A stretch of DNA of 64,000 bases from Haliotis rubra (GCF_003918875.1 NW_025767040.1:1-64000); one strand, 5' to 3'; positions 52,501 to 64,000 are shown, numbered from the stretch's first letter. Numbers and translations: made by a program. The notes: generated by a model from the letters alone, not told the origin.

Positions 52501-55500
52501 AGAGCTTGATAGAAAAGGGTGTAAAGGGAACATTTCTTAAATTTATTATCCGCATGTATTCTACACTGTGTGCCTGTGTAAGAACTGATTCAGGCTTATC
52601 ATCCTATTTCAAATGTAATATTGGTACCCGCCAAGGATGCACTTGGAGTCCACAGACTTTTATTATATTTATAAATAATTTTTCTCAAATTTTGGTGGAA
52701 GAAGGTGGAAGGGGCGTCTTTATATCAACTCATATTTCTGATGCATTTTCTCCATTATGATGTTTCAACTGTAGCAGGTACCGCTTTACAGCTTCAAAAG
52801 AAAATTAATATTGTGGAAATGTAGTGTTTTTTAAATGGTAAACAAAAAGAAGTTGTGAGCATATACAAATATCTTGGGATTGTGTTCACTCCTAAACTGT
52901 CATGGACTAAAGCCCAATAATGTTTAGCAGCTCAAGCAAGTGAAGCTTTGTTCTCCATTTATAATTACCAAAAACATTTTGGGTGTATTCATCACAATGG
53001 CACTTTTATGACATTTGACTCCATGATTACACCTATTTTGTGTTATGGATCAGAGGTTCGGGGAACTACTTTTTGCAAACAAACTGAAACTGCACATTTT
53101 AAGTTCTGTAAGACTTTTCTCAAAGTCAGAAAGTATACCAACAATAGCATGGCGCTTAGAGAGTGTGCACTCTGCAATATCACTATACCCCTAGAGCATT
53201 AAAGTACTGGTGCAGACTGATGCAGCTTCGACACCATAGACTTCCTTATCAAGCCTACCAAATGCTCAAATCTCTTGATGATAATAATAAATCTACCTGG
53301 GCTTCACACATAAGACTAATTCTTTTTCAGTATGGTTTTAGGTTTGCATGGATCTCTTAAGAAAATAGCTGCATTAAAACATATATGTCTATCTTCAAGC
53401 AGCGGTTTTATGACTGCTTCCTTCAATACTGGCACACCTCACTTGACTTTTTATCTAAATGTAAATACTATTCACAATTTAAATCGTTACTTAATGTTGA
53501 ACACTACTTGTCCTGTGACCTCCGACCATATCAACGGAAAGTCATAGCTATGTTCCGCTGTAACAACGTTAGATTAGCAGTGGAAACCGACCGCCACACA
53601 AATACACCCTATGATCAACGTCTCTTCCTCTACTGCCACTCCGTTGGTATAAACTATGTTGAAGATGAGCTCCATGTCCTACTTATCTGTGGCAAATATT
53701 GTGAAATAAGAAAGGAGCGTCTCACAACCCATCAGACCCAACAATTGAAACCTTTGTGCGTCTAATTAGCTGTAACAACATAAATTATCTAAAAACATTA
53801 AGGGCATGTATTAAAACTAAGAAGTAAACCCACCATTACAATCAATTGACCTTGTATTTCAATCGTTATCCTACCTCCAGCATGTATTATTTATATTTGC
53901 ATTATGTTGCATTATGGGTATTATGTTACTGAAACAAAATGTCAGTCTGTCTGTCAGAAATCTCCACTAACACAGGTTGCATTGTTTGATTCCGATAAGC
54001 GTGTGCATTGCCTGGTCCAGACTCATCACATCCAAAATGTGCTGATAGATGCTCATGATGTTGATCACTTAATTATTTAGACCGTCGTCATATAGCTGAG
54101 ATATTGCTGAATATGACCGTACACAACAAGCAAACTCCGCACCAGTACACTAATTGGATGTGGACATAGACGACTGGTTATACACTAGGCCTTTCTGAAT
54201 ATTTAAGGAATGTGGCTCTTTTCATTGGCAGCAATATAGACTGTGCGTGGACAATACGAGGAGTGTATGGGACACGAATAACAGTAAAAGTGGTGGATGC
54301 AGACATTGAGAGTTCACCAGGCTGCAAAAACGACTACGTACAGGTCATTGATGGTACGTGGTAAATTTAGAGACTTGACAACCGAATTGCAAAACCAGAT
54401 GAGGGTGCTTGTGATGTTTAAAGTTTCGCATATTTTGTCCTGAATGAAGAAAAAGGAACGGAATGAAATGAGCATTAGCGCACACAACAAGGCCTCGTCA
54501 AAGCCTCGTCGCTGATTAAAACCTTTATGACTTACTTTTCTCTCTCTGTATCTTCAACTGTTCACAGTTGCAGACGGTTCTAAAGAACTCGGCCGCTTCT
54601 GTGGCACGGACAAGAACACCTATGTCAGTTCAGGGCTGGATGTCGAGATCGCTATCCACAGTGATGGTAACACAAGAGGGCGTGGCTTTAAAATCATGTA
54701 CACTGTAGGAGATCAACGTACAGCAGCTGCGCCAACTACACGTAAGTGTATGAAAACGTTTGTCTTTTTTTTTGTTGCTGTATTTTGTTTTCTGTTATTT
54801 TTCCAAATACATTTTTTGTTAAATATTTCTACTATAAAACATGTCAATTGTACTTTTAAAGAAACTTCAAAAACTTTTGTTGGGCACTTTGCCGCAATGA
54901 TAAGAGCGAGTGAGTGAGTATGGTTTTATGCCGCGTTTAGCAATTTTCCAGCAACATGACGGCGGGGAACACCAGAAATGGGCTTCACACATTGTACCCA
55001 TGTGTGGCAACAATAAGAGAAGATCGTTTTGCAAGAATATTTGCGTACACAGCTACTGTGTGTGTGGTTAAGTCTCATTTTCATGTTGTATAAACGAATA
55101 TATGATCTTTCTGTTAGGTAAGCGTAGGTGTGCACACCTATGCTTTTGTTAGTTCTGTCGACTGTCATAAATGGCAGCTACATGTAAATGTTTATATTCT
55201 GTTGATATATGGAAAAAGCTATTAGAATGGATTGGAAATTATACAGAAGGCAAAATCACCTTTATTGAAGAACATATATTGTTTGGCTTAAAGGGTTAAC
55301 ATAATAATCATTTAAATGTTGTTATCATGATAACAAAATCTCTCCTTTACAAAGGACAAGGTATGATTAGGGTGGATTTTGGCCCACAAATAGAATTGGC
55401 TGAACACATGTTATTTGTTTAGAGACAAGATAGCTTTGCATAAAAAAGCTATTTTTTAAATGATCTGAGGCCATAATTTCAATGCAGGGGGGCCCAAAAT

Positions 55501-58500
55501 GGGTTTTATCAGTTTAACAAGATGTGTGCCATAATGACTTATATACAACTATCAGTTTATTTACATACAAAAAGTATCAGTTTTACAACAGGTATTCATG
55601 ATGAAGAAACATTAATCACAAGGTTTTAACTTCAAGGGGCCCAATTAAGGTTGCAATACATTGTGGACAGTAATTCAATTACTTGCCAATTGATTACAAA
55701 AAAACTCATTATTCACAATTTTCTTTGCAAATATAAACTGTAGGTCAATTTTACAACATGTACTTATGATAACCAATCATGTCCCACTAAAAGTTATAGG
55801 TCTTGACCTCAAAGGGGCCTATTTCAGGTGAAATTACATTCTTGGCACAGCTTGATTTAACACCATGTAAGTGTTAAAAGTCAGTATTTACAACATTCTT
55901 GCAAATATACAGTAAACATCTCATTCACAACATGTTGTTATAATAACCAATCATGCTTCCCTAACTATCACAAGTCTTGACCTCAAAGGGGGCCATTTTG
56001 GGTGAAATTACATTCTTGACACAGCTTGATTTTAACACCATGTAAGTGTTAAAAGTCAGTATTTACAACATTCTTGTAAATATACAGTAAACATCTCATT
56101 CACAACATGTTGTTACAATAACCAATCATGTTGCACTAAAAATCAGGTCTTGACCTCAAAGGGGGCCCATTTCGGGTGAAATTACATTCTTGGCACAGCT
56201 TGATTTTGACACCAAGTAAGTGTTAAAAGTCAGTATTCAAAAATCTTCAAAAAGTAATTATTCACAACTCATTCACTGCAAAGATATATAAAACATCCAT
56301 TGTCACTCTTCATCCACATGGTCATCAATCTCTAAATCAGTTTCTGAATCACTGTCAAAAACTGCAGCATTCAACCGTGTATCACTAGAGTTGCTGGAAA
56401 CAGGCATATTGTCTTGGTGTCTGCCATAGCCAGATCTTCTCTCAACTGAAAAACAGATGACTTTATATCAAAAGAGAATTCTGTTTTAAAAACTTTGATA
56501 TTATAAATCTATTCAAGGGTAACATTACTTATTTATTTTCAAATGTCAGTAGTCTGGCTTTGAAGGCTTATGCAGATTTAATCACCACTGAGGCATCAGT
56601 ATTTCTGAAATTCTGTCACATTAAATTAGAAAACTGAAAAAAAAAAAAAATTATTATTTTTTAACACACATATTATGCTTACCTTCAACCTCAAGTTTTA
56701 AGTTGTCATCTTCATGAAATGGCACTCCTGAAATCAGTCCAAGCAAATTTCTCTTATCTGAAAACAAATATTTGAAATCGTAAAAGAATTATCATTATGT
56801 TCAAGAAATTGATGCTTTCTAATTTTTCTAATACTAAATATGTCAATAGTATAGTTATATAGGGAAGGGAATTGACCTCCAATAGCATAATCAATTGTTG
56901 AGGCCACCTTTTGATCAATTATAGATATAAGATAAAAACAACTGTTAGAGCACATGAAAACAAAGGTAATCAGTTCTCAGTTTCAATATGACAATTGAAA
57001 CCAATAGTCATCGATTCTGTAAACATATTTTTAAGAAGAAATAGTGAATGCTTTAATTGATTATGTGGTTTGGTTATCGGTAATTGACTGGCAGCCCACA
57101 AAATATCCATAAACTAATTATTTGTTTGATCAGTACACCACTAATTAACAGCTCTGGACAGTTGTAAATATGTACTTAAAGAAATTACCATACTAACATT
57201 TTGAAACAATGCTTACCTTCTTCAGGTTCTCTATTGTGTGGGAACAAAGGCAACAAGTCAGTGTCTTCAGGCTTAAGCCAGATTTACATGATGTTAATTC
57301 AAGTTTGTTTGAACAGTGTAACTAACATTACCCACAAGAATTTTTTTTAATAAAATTTGGATTGCATGTGTACAAGTTAAGTTAAACATTGTAAATTGGC
57401 TGACCAAACTTTTGAAAAAAACCCAGAACATCAGGATTTGAACCTGCATGTATGGTAACAGAAAAAATTGACAAGCCGTCACTATAACCACTAGGCTACA
57501 AATTCTACTATCATTTTTTTGTCACTTTAAGCTTATATATTACATCTTGCAACAATGTGTCACTTGGCGTCTGCTTGCTTTTCATCATCTGCTAGACCCT
57601 TGATACAATGTTCCTATACTAACAATATTTAATGTAGCCTAATATATCCTAGAAAACATCCAGGTACATTATTTTTGTTAAAATGTGTATGTTTACACAC
57701 AGTTACATCCTGTTGAATGCCAGTGTTATTTGACAGTGCCAGTTGACACAGAGGGGTTTGCTAAACAGATGATAGAACAAATATGATAAAATTCTAGCAT
57801 AATTATAAAGATTCTCACCTTTAGAAAGCTGCCTGATCATATTTTGAAAAATCTTCTGATGTCTTCTTACTTTTCCAGCAGAGAACAACAGGGCCTCCAA
57901 AAAACTACCCTTGTTTACCTCAAAGTAATCAGCCTTGAGAGTCCCTTACGATATTGAATTTTTGTAATAAACATGCTTGATAAGTTAATTTTAGTGCTCT
58001 AAAACATTCAAAATAAATAATGAGTCCGGTATAGTTGTGTAAATGTGACGGATAGTTTTCAGAGATATTACTTTACGCCAATGTTTATTTTTGATATGTT
58101 GTATGGGGCAATTTCATATAACAGAAAAAATGTACTTTTTTAAACATTTTGATATGAGCAAAAGCGTGACCCACCACAATTTTTTAGGAGTGCATTCTAA
58201 TTTACTCTCTTCATGTGCGGTGAAAAAATTGGGATGGGTCATGCTTTTGCTCACACTTTTTTATCACTCTGAAAGTATGAAAATGTAGGTTTTTCGAAGA
58301 TATTGTAAAATAGGTAAATTTTGAGGTCTTCAAAGAGGAAAAAAACCAGCACTAAAACATGAAAAAAGGCATATGGAGGTAATTTCAACAATTTATTTAG
58401 CATTTATTATGCTAAAATTATCATGTTGTAGAACTTTGAATATCATGAAATTTTGTGGGCCAATAAGGGCCTTTATCATACCTTGTCCTTTAATAGAAAA

Positions 58501-59286
58501 ATGACTAAACCAAACTTTTTAACCTTTCAAAAAGGAATAGTAAGAAATTACGAAACCTCAAAGTTTATTGCGTATTCAAATTGTAACTTTGCAAGCTTTC
58601 ATGCCTTCTGGTCTTCTTTTCATTTTCACACTGATTCCTGAAAATTGAATGCATTATAAATTATACATACATACATGCATGCATGTATATGTATATGTAT
58701 AAGTGTATGTATGTATATGTGTATGTGTATGTGAGTGTATGTATATGTTGCTAATACATTTACAACAATAGCCCAAAAAGTCTGCTGCACACTTAACTTA
58801 TGAATGTTCAGAGAGGATGGAAAAATGTAACTTAACAATTTTTTAAAATGGCAGCTAGTATGTTAGTATGTGACAAATAGTATGTGTGTACAAGATCTGT
58901 CGTGTAAAATATACTCCTTCATTCATATTGATGTCTTCCTATGTATACATGTGCACATTGACGGTATTGATTGTGTCTGTGGGCGTGTATGTATGTGTGT
59001 TGATAACCATATCCAAATACATGTATACTGCACATAAAGATTATATTGATGATTCTTTTCAAATATATGTACATTTGGATAATATAGATGACTTTTACAT
59101 ATATACAGTGTGTGTATGTGCTTATGTTTCATATTGATGCTTTTCCATATGACTTGATGTGTTATAATTTCAGCACGTTCCGATGGGGCTACAATTCATT
59201 TGGCCAGTGGGCTACTGATTGTGGTATTTGCACTTATTCTGATGTCGCGCAAGACGTTGACTTTGGACAGTGGTTGTTATTGGTAA
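31585..59286 (+). CDS. Six-CUB-domain membrane-anchored protein (signal peptide, 6 CUB, hydrophobic C-terminus), ~796 aa
   Basis: 20 GT/AG exons with consistent phases: 31585-31648 (MFTKRLLLGTLLCLVLGFQDA); CUB1 36753-36831, 37776-37900, 38277-38426; CUB2 38884-38962, 39536-39672, 40842-40986; CUB3 42586-42666, 43293-43414, 43739-43891; CUB4 44943-45042, 45598-45725, 46216-46365; CUB5 46656-46758, 47404-47528, 48595-48744; CUB6 50110-50200, 54232-54353, 54568-54741; last exon 59174-59286 (PRSDGATIHLASGLLIVVFALILMSRKTLTLDSGCYW*). CUB motifs SPGYP..Y, C.W.I, C..D....YDG, FCG and GF...Y. One +1 and one -1 homopolymer frameshift. Confidence 0.9.
32323..32567 (+). mobile_element. SINE family A, full length
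   Basis: Head acccgtgaaggtcc. TSD accacctgact / accacttgact. Confidence 0.9.
32736..32888. other. Assembly gap
   Basis: Run of N. Confidence 1.
32995..34972 (-). mobile_element. Tx1/L1-clade LINE, 5'-truncated ORF2 with 3' UTR
   Basis: ORFs 33980..34909 and 33431..33979 are in frame across one stop: INKTKAIWIG, WRRRNLTLLGKITVIKTLAIS, FIWNNK, GGLRMID, CCHC knuckle CTFC....EDILHVFFYC. The 3' UTR has a TA/CA microsatellite and an A-rich tail. Confidence 0.92.
35009..36242 (-). mobile_element. Tc1-family transposon, defective
   Basis: TIRs cagtacaaccagaaactattgagaattt / aaattctcaataatttctggtcatacta with TA flanks. Motifs WDNVIFSDES, NVWVGIS..G, GNMNSKRYTDIL and WPSYSPDLNP. Confidence 0.9.
36873..37059. 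other. Assembly gap
   Basis: Run of N. Confidence 1.
38649..38859 (+). mobile_element. SINE family A
   Basis: Head actcgtgaagatccgggttag. TSD tctaaactaca / tctaaattaca. Confidence 0.85.
39332..39456. repeat. 15-16-bp tandem repeat, ~8 copies
   Basis: Unit ggacaaatgccaccc(a). Confidence 0.85.
40590..40820. repeat. AT-rich ~26-bp minisatellite
   Basis: Unit tgtaatgaatatatattgttcatata. Confidence 0.8.
41425..41593 (+). mobile_element. SINE family A, 5'-truncated
   Basis: Body and (actc)n tail. Confidence 0.8.
41951..42284. mobile_element. Tc1/mariner-type MITE (334 bp)
   Basis: 26-bp TIRs tactattcacactttgctaaggatca / tgatccttagcaaagtgtgagtaata, TA flanks. Confidence 0.85.
43002..43170 (-). 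mobile_element. SINE family B
   Basis: Full-length reverse-complement copy. Confidence 0.88.
44078..44747 (+). mobile_element. Helentron-associated (HINE-like) element with internal 151-bp tandem repeats
   Basis: Subterminal inverted repeat tgtcccccg (44081) / cgggggaca (44712). 3' hairpin tgcca...tggca then cttgtt. Units start at 44102, 44252, 44403 and 44554. Confidence 0.8.
45825..45987 (+). mobile_element. SINE family B
   Basis: A and B boxes, tail, and TSD-like taattattcagg / taatttttcagg. Confidence 0.88.
46826..46944 (-). mobile_element. SINE family A, 3' part, followed by (AG)n
   Basis: Tail and body match. Confidence 0.8.
47005..47160 (-). mobile_element. Fragment of a fourth SINE-like family (also at ~36590-36685)
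   Basis: Shared ggcgctttgtt.ttccctcgatca.tggatgtca.tctcaa in both places. Contains tcaactccctgggga, recalled as resembling a Deu/Nin-type SINE core (unverified). Confidence 0.45.
47604..48409 (-). mobile_element. Internally deleted Tc1 element
   Basis: TIR-like ends tactatgccagaaaagaaacgcatagg / cctgtgcgtttctttatgggaataata. N-terminal transposase remnant STISRLAAR..DRPRTGRPRVTTSAQDRYI. Catalytic domain absent. Confidence 0.82.
48788..49142 (+). mobile_element. tRNA-derived SINE family C (Meta/MESC-core-like)
   Basis: A and B boxes, core gtcataccaaaagacgttaaaatatggt...cctgcctggcgctcggcattaa, and a 14-bp TSD acttaatatataac (48774-48787, 49143-49156). Confidence 0.88.
49452..49699 (-). mobile_element. 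SINE family A, full length
   Basis: 13-bp TSD gagtctggaacag (49439-49451, 49700-49712) fixes the 5' end at ACCCGTG. Confidence 0.92.
50310..50422 (-). mobile_element. SINE family B, partial
   Basis: Tail through B box. Confidence 0.8.
50545..51070. mobile_element. Penelope-like element terminal (pLTR) remnants in inverted arrangement
   Basis: Minus-strand cacctgacgaaggggcaagaactagccccgaaacgttgtg followed by aataaa. Partial plus-strand copy at 50797-50825. Confidence 0.6.
50564..50603 (-). ncRNA. Minimal hammerhead ribozyme motif (Penelope-type)
   Basis: CUGACGA core, stem II GGGGC/GCCCC, GAAAC, palindromic AACGUU, and 3-bp stem I CAC/GUG. Confidence 0.55.
51140..52040 (-). mobile_element. 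Degraded RTEX-like LINE fragments
   Basis: TGVRQGCSL.P, LLFAEDVV and KPILLYVSEIWG remnants. Confidence 0.65.
52285..53955 (+). mobile_element. RTEX-like LINE, 5'-truncated, with TSD
   Basis: 14-bp TSD agaaatctccacta (52271-52284, 53956-53969) and (ctgt)n tail. Motifs EAQAGFR, FIDFSKAFDSI, GTRQGC, PILCYGSEV, RLAVETDRH and EDELHVLLIC. Confidence 0.9.
54905..55007 (-). mobile_element. SINE family B, 3' part
   Basis: Tail and body match. Confidence 0.75.
55353..58489. mobile_element. Kolobok-like non-autonomous DNA transposon (~3.1 kb) with internal ~178-bp repeats and a spliced cargo remnant
   Basis: TIRs aggacaaggtatgat...ggcccacaaa / tttgtgggcc...atcataccttgtcct. Right flank ttaa; left flank imperfect (ttacaa). 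AG..CT termini. Tandem units at ~55690-56240. Confidence 0.7.
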
Positions 59287-59492
59287 CTGATTTTGAAATG
59301 CACGCATTCACTTGTGGCAGCTGATAAAACCTGTTATTTTTCTTCGGAACAAGATACAAGCAGCCAATGTATTTACACTACATTAAAGAGACCTAATTTT
59401 TTTGTCTGTAACGTTTGTGACAATCAATATCTATCATCTCCTTAATGCCTAACACCAACCAAATTACCTCTTTGGCCACACGGGTATCGGGA

Positions 59493-59885
59493 TTTATTAC
59501 TCACCCATTGAAGATATCACTGGTTAATAATTTTACAATGTTATTACACATTGTGTAATAACATCACGTGGTGCCGTACGTATGACTTACAGTTATGACG
59601 TCACAATGCTAATACCTCTGTCGTAATAGTATTAGACCTGGCTCGACTCGCGGAAAGTTGAGAGTCATCACACTCGTTGAATTCTTAGGAAAGAAGTACT
59701 TTGCTCGATGTTATTTTGCTAATGTTGGGTGAGTAATAAATAAAATACTAAACTATGCCCCGTGTAATACCATATTTATGAAACTCGTGAATGGTATTGG
59801 TATCTAACTCGCTTTCGCTAGTTTGATACCAAACCATTCACTCGTTTCATTAATATGGTATTACACGGGACATCGTTTAGTATTC
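59493..59885. mobile_element. Non-autonomous hairpin element (Crypton-like architecture)
   Basis: Inverted repeat tttattactcaccca / tgggtgagtaataaa, then a ~140-bp palindrome 59744-59885 centred on ctcgctttcgctag. Confidence 0.55.
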
Positions 59886-60711
59886 TCTATATGTATTGCA
59901 CCTCACTTAGATTAATTTGACCAATATTAGGCTTACAACTTTTGTCACAAAGTGTGTTTTCGACACACAGATCAGAATTTCTTTTACATGTTTAGAAGCT
60001 CATATATATTTGTCAATCATAAAAAAGATGCTGTGATTTCTTTTCAGTAAAGCAAGGACTTTCTTAGTAGGATTGATAGAAATGATCGTGATGAATATTT
60101 TGCTGATTATTTTAGACATTTGACATCGGTGAATATTTCATAACTACATTACTTTATCTCTGATAAAAGTTAATAAAAGCAACACTTCAACGATCTCTGT
60201 TGATCTCTGCATTTCCTTTTTCGGACATTTACCACGCATTCCTGTGTTGTTGCGAATGAACAGTTTACTTGCCGTTGCGTGTATTTGTGACGGGTAACAT
60301 GGGCGGTCAGTATACGTTCACCTTTTCACGAACACTTGGTATCAGCGACATTAAACAAACGCTGAGGACGTTGTCCTCGCTCTTAGCCAGAATTTTTAAA
60401 AGAGAAGGCTAATGCTAATTATCTTGCTCTCATCTCTCACTTAGCCATAGTACAATGTTGTAAAAACAAGACCATTTTGGGTAGACTCTGGCTAAGTGAG
60501 AGTGAAATCTGATGACACAGTGGGGACACGTGAGAGCGTAGTGGCGGATGTATTCTAATTGATTTACTTACAGTTTTAATTTTATTTAGATAAAATATTA
60601 CAGTGACTTTGGCAAAAGGTAACAACGAATGCCGCACAGAGTACATTGGTAGCAAATGGGTCTCTGTCTGTGGTTAGTATATAGTAACATAGTTGTTACT
60701 TTTATATAAGG

Positions 60712-61058
60712 GACTGCCTCTCCGTGGTGTAGAGGTTAGAGCGTCCGCCCGGAGAGCGGTAGGTCGTGGGTTCGATCCCCGACCGCGTCATACCAAAAGA
60801 CGTTAAAATATGGTACTTGTTGGTCCCTGCCTGGCGCTCATTAATGGGTACAACAAGTACTGGTCGGCTCGGAGTCAGTATAATGTGTCTGAGTGGGGTA
60901 TTCATGCGGCATGGTATCTCAGTGGGCTAGCACTATAAAACCAGCTTAAGCCTGGGCTAGTACAAGCAGCCGCGCATCCACATACACACACTTGCACGTC
61001 GTCATATGAGCGAAATACTCTCAAGCACGACGTTAAACCCAATGTCACCTCACCTCAA
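60712..61058 (+). mobile_element. SINE family C, second copy
   Basis: Near-identical to 48788-49142. 12-bp TSD ttttatataagg (60700-60711, 61059-61070). Confidence 0.88.
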
Positions 61059-61069
61059 TTTTATATAAG

Positions 61070-61372
61070 GAGCGTTTGGGTAGCCTATTGATTAAATCAG
61101 TCGCTCGTCACATCTAGAGGCGGTGGGTAAGCTTTGTGGTTAAAGCGTTCGCTCGATACACCGAAGACTCGGGTTCGATTCCCAACATGGGCACAATGTG
61201 TGAAGCCCATTTCTGGTGTACCCGCCGTGATGTTGCTGGAATATTGCTAAAAGCGGCGTAAAACTAAACTCACCCACTCACTCGTTACAACTAGGAAAAA
61301 GGTTCGACTCCCCACAAGGTACAATCTTGGTGCCGTCCGACTTGATATGGCTGGAATAGTGCTAAAAGTGAC
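61070..61372 (+). mobile_element. SINE family B nested in an older family B copy
   Basis: Young copy ~61118-61282 splits an older copy between its A and B boxes. Degenerate TSD ctcgtcacatctag / ctcgttacaactag. Confidence 0.75.
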
Positions 61373-61974
61373 AAAATAGTGTTAATGCTGCAGTTTACGA
61401 TATTCTGTCTATATCACAGCGGTTTGTAAATACCCTATACAGAGCCAGACAAACAAACGATATATTGCACAACGCCCCACGTCGTCAGGGTAGTATATGT
61501 ACAGTCACTGAGCCTTAACACCCGCCTCTTAACCCAAACACTGTTACATTGAGACCTATTTTTAACCAGAATAGCCACGAGGCTCGTTTGTCCAATATAG
61601 AGCACTCCTTCTGAACTCGCCTTCGGACGTTTAGATAATGTTGTCTGGCGTTAATGTGGTGTGGGTAGATAGCGAGTTGAATATGTGTATCTGCATATGT
61701 TTGTGTGTTGTGACCAACATTCGGCAGCCTTATAGGTTTATCAGATATATATGTACGATTCCCGAGCATTGAATGGAAAGTTTCATACGGTAATACTGCT
61801 ATGTGGTGTTTCTTTGTCACATTTCACACCGGTAAGTCTTACTGAGTCTCCGAAACGGCTTCTGTTCAGGAGTGATGTATACATGTAAATGGGGTGACAA
61901 CTGTTTTTTTTATAATTTTTCTGGATTTATGAATTTGAGCGATAGGGGCCAAAAGCCAACATCAGACACTTAGA

Positions 61975-64000
61975 TGCCAGTACCACACAAAACACTTCAC
62001 CATGCCACATAGTACCACACAAAACATAGTATCGTGCAAAATAGTACTACACAAAACACAGCACCATACCACATAGTACTACCCAAAACACAGCACCATA
62101 CCACATAGTACCACACAAAAAACACTTCACCATACCACATAGTACCACACAAAACACAGCACCATACCACATAGTACCACACAAAACACTTCACCATACC
62201 ACATAGTACCACACAAAACACAGCACCATACCACATAGTACCACACAAAACACTTCACCATACCACATAGTACCACACAAAACACTTCACCATACCACAT
62301 AGTACCACACAAAACACTTCACATACCACATAGTACCACACTTGCCATTACCAACCATACCACATCACCATACCACATATAGTACCACACAAAACACTTC
62401 ACCATACCACATACAAACACTCCACCATACCACATCACCATACCACAGTACCACACAAAAACACTTACCATACAATAGTACCACTTCACACATCCACCAT
62501 ACCACATAGTGTACACTTCACACAAACACTTCACCATACCACATAGTACCACACAAAACACTTCACCATACCACATAGTACCACACAAAACACTTCACCA
62601 TACCACATAGTACCACACAAAACACTTCACCATACCACTTCACCATACCACATAGTACCACACAAAAAAACACAGTACTACACAAAACACCATCACCATA
62701 CAACACCATACACCATACCACAGGTACCACACAAAAACACAGCACCATACCACATAGTACCACACAAAACACTTCACCATACCACATAGTACCACACAAA
62801 ACACTAGCACCATACCACATAGTACCACACAAAACACTTCCACCACCCACATAGTACTTCACCACAAAACATAGTACCCACATAGTACCACACAAAACAC
62901 TTCACCATACCACATAGTACCACACAAAACACATCACCATACCACATAGTACCACACAAAACACTTCACCATACAACATAGTACCACACAAAACACTTCA
63001 CCATACCACATAGTACCACACAAAACACTTCACCATACCACATAGTACTACACAAAACACTTCACCATACCACATAGTACCACACAAAACACTTCACCAT
63101 ACCACATAGTACCACACAAAACACTTCACCATACCACATAGTACCACACAAAACACTTCACCATACCACATAGTACCACACAAAACACTTCACCATACCA
63201 CATAGTACCACACAAAACACTTCACCATACCACATAGTACCACACAAAACACAGGCAACACTTCACCATACCACATAGTACCACACAAAACACATCACCA
63301 TACCACATAGTACCACACAAAACACTTCACCATACCACATAGGTACCACACAAACACACACCATACCACATAGTACCACACAAAACACATGGCACCATAC
63401 CACATAGTGCACCACACAAAACACTTCACCATGCCACATGGTGCCACACAAAAAATGTACCACCAAAACACTTCACCATACCACATAGTACCACACAAAA
63501 CACTTCACCATACCACATGGTGCCACACAAAACACTTCACCATACCACATAGTACCACACAAAACACAATCACCATGCCATGGTTGCATACACAAAGTAC
63601 CACACACAAACACACCATACCACATGGTGCCACACAAAATACGCAGCACCATACCACATAGTACCACACAAAACACGGCACCATACAACATAGTACCATA
63701 ATACCATACCACAGTACAACAGAAAAACACTTCACCACAAAAACATAGCACCATACCCAATAGTACCACATACAACATAGTACCGTACAAAACACAGCAA
63801 ACCATCACCGTACCCATTAGCTACTACAAAGGCACTTCACCATAACATAGTACCACACAAAACAACCACATGCATGCAACACAAAATACTTCCACCATAG
63901 TACCACACAAAACAAAACACAGCATACCACCACACCACATAATACCAAGCCACACATACTTCCATACCACAATTCCCCACACATACCTAATAATTGCACC
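61975..64000. repeat. 32-bp minisatellite, >60 copies, running off the window end
   Basis: Unit caccataccacatagtaccacacaaaacactt, with period 32 (63001 to 63033). Confidence 0.97.

Noticed and set aside
31585-59286. Naming the CUB gene cubilin or tolloid/BMP1
   Set aside because: No EGF repeats or astacin domain, only six CUB domains, and a C-terminal anchor. No gene symbol is justified.
61997-63999. Many Cys/Val/Trp-rich ORFs
   Set aside because: Translations of the 32-bp minisatellite in several frames.

Overview
Repeat-rich animal DNA, not prokaryotic. The SINE, LINE and Helentron-type repeat content suggests a mollusc, possibly abalone-like (inference). There are two N gaps and many indels that look like uncorrected long-read errors. 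Two spliced host genes can be rebuilt by hand. (1) A minus-strand NLR-like gene (about 18309 to 10508) encodes an acidic N-terminus, a short beta-rich RHIM/amyloid-like segment, a STAND-type P-loop NTPase and about 15 ankyrin repeats; its long last exon is heavily frameshifted. (2) A plus-strand 20-exon gene (31585 to 59286, about 796 aa) encodes a signal peptide, six CUB domains of three exons each and a C-terminal hydrophobic anchor, with two homopolymer frameshifts. The rest is transposon and repeat sequence: three Tc1 elements, mariner remnants, a hAT element, MITEs, Kolobok-, Helentron- and Crypton-like non-autonomous elements, L2, Tx1 and RTEX LINE fragments, at least three SINE families, a Penelope-like terminus with a minimal hammerhead motif, several minisatellites and a ~3.5 kb tandem duplication. 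The best leads are the covarying pseudoknotted head of a non-tRNA SINE, the amyloid-like N-terminal motif of the STAND-ankyrin gene, the hammerhead motif, and a spliced cargo gene inside the Kolobok-like element.
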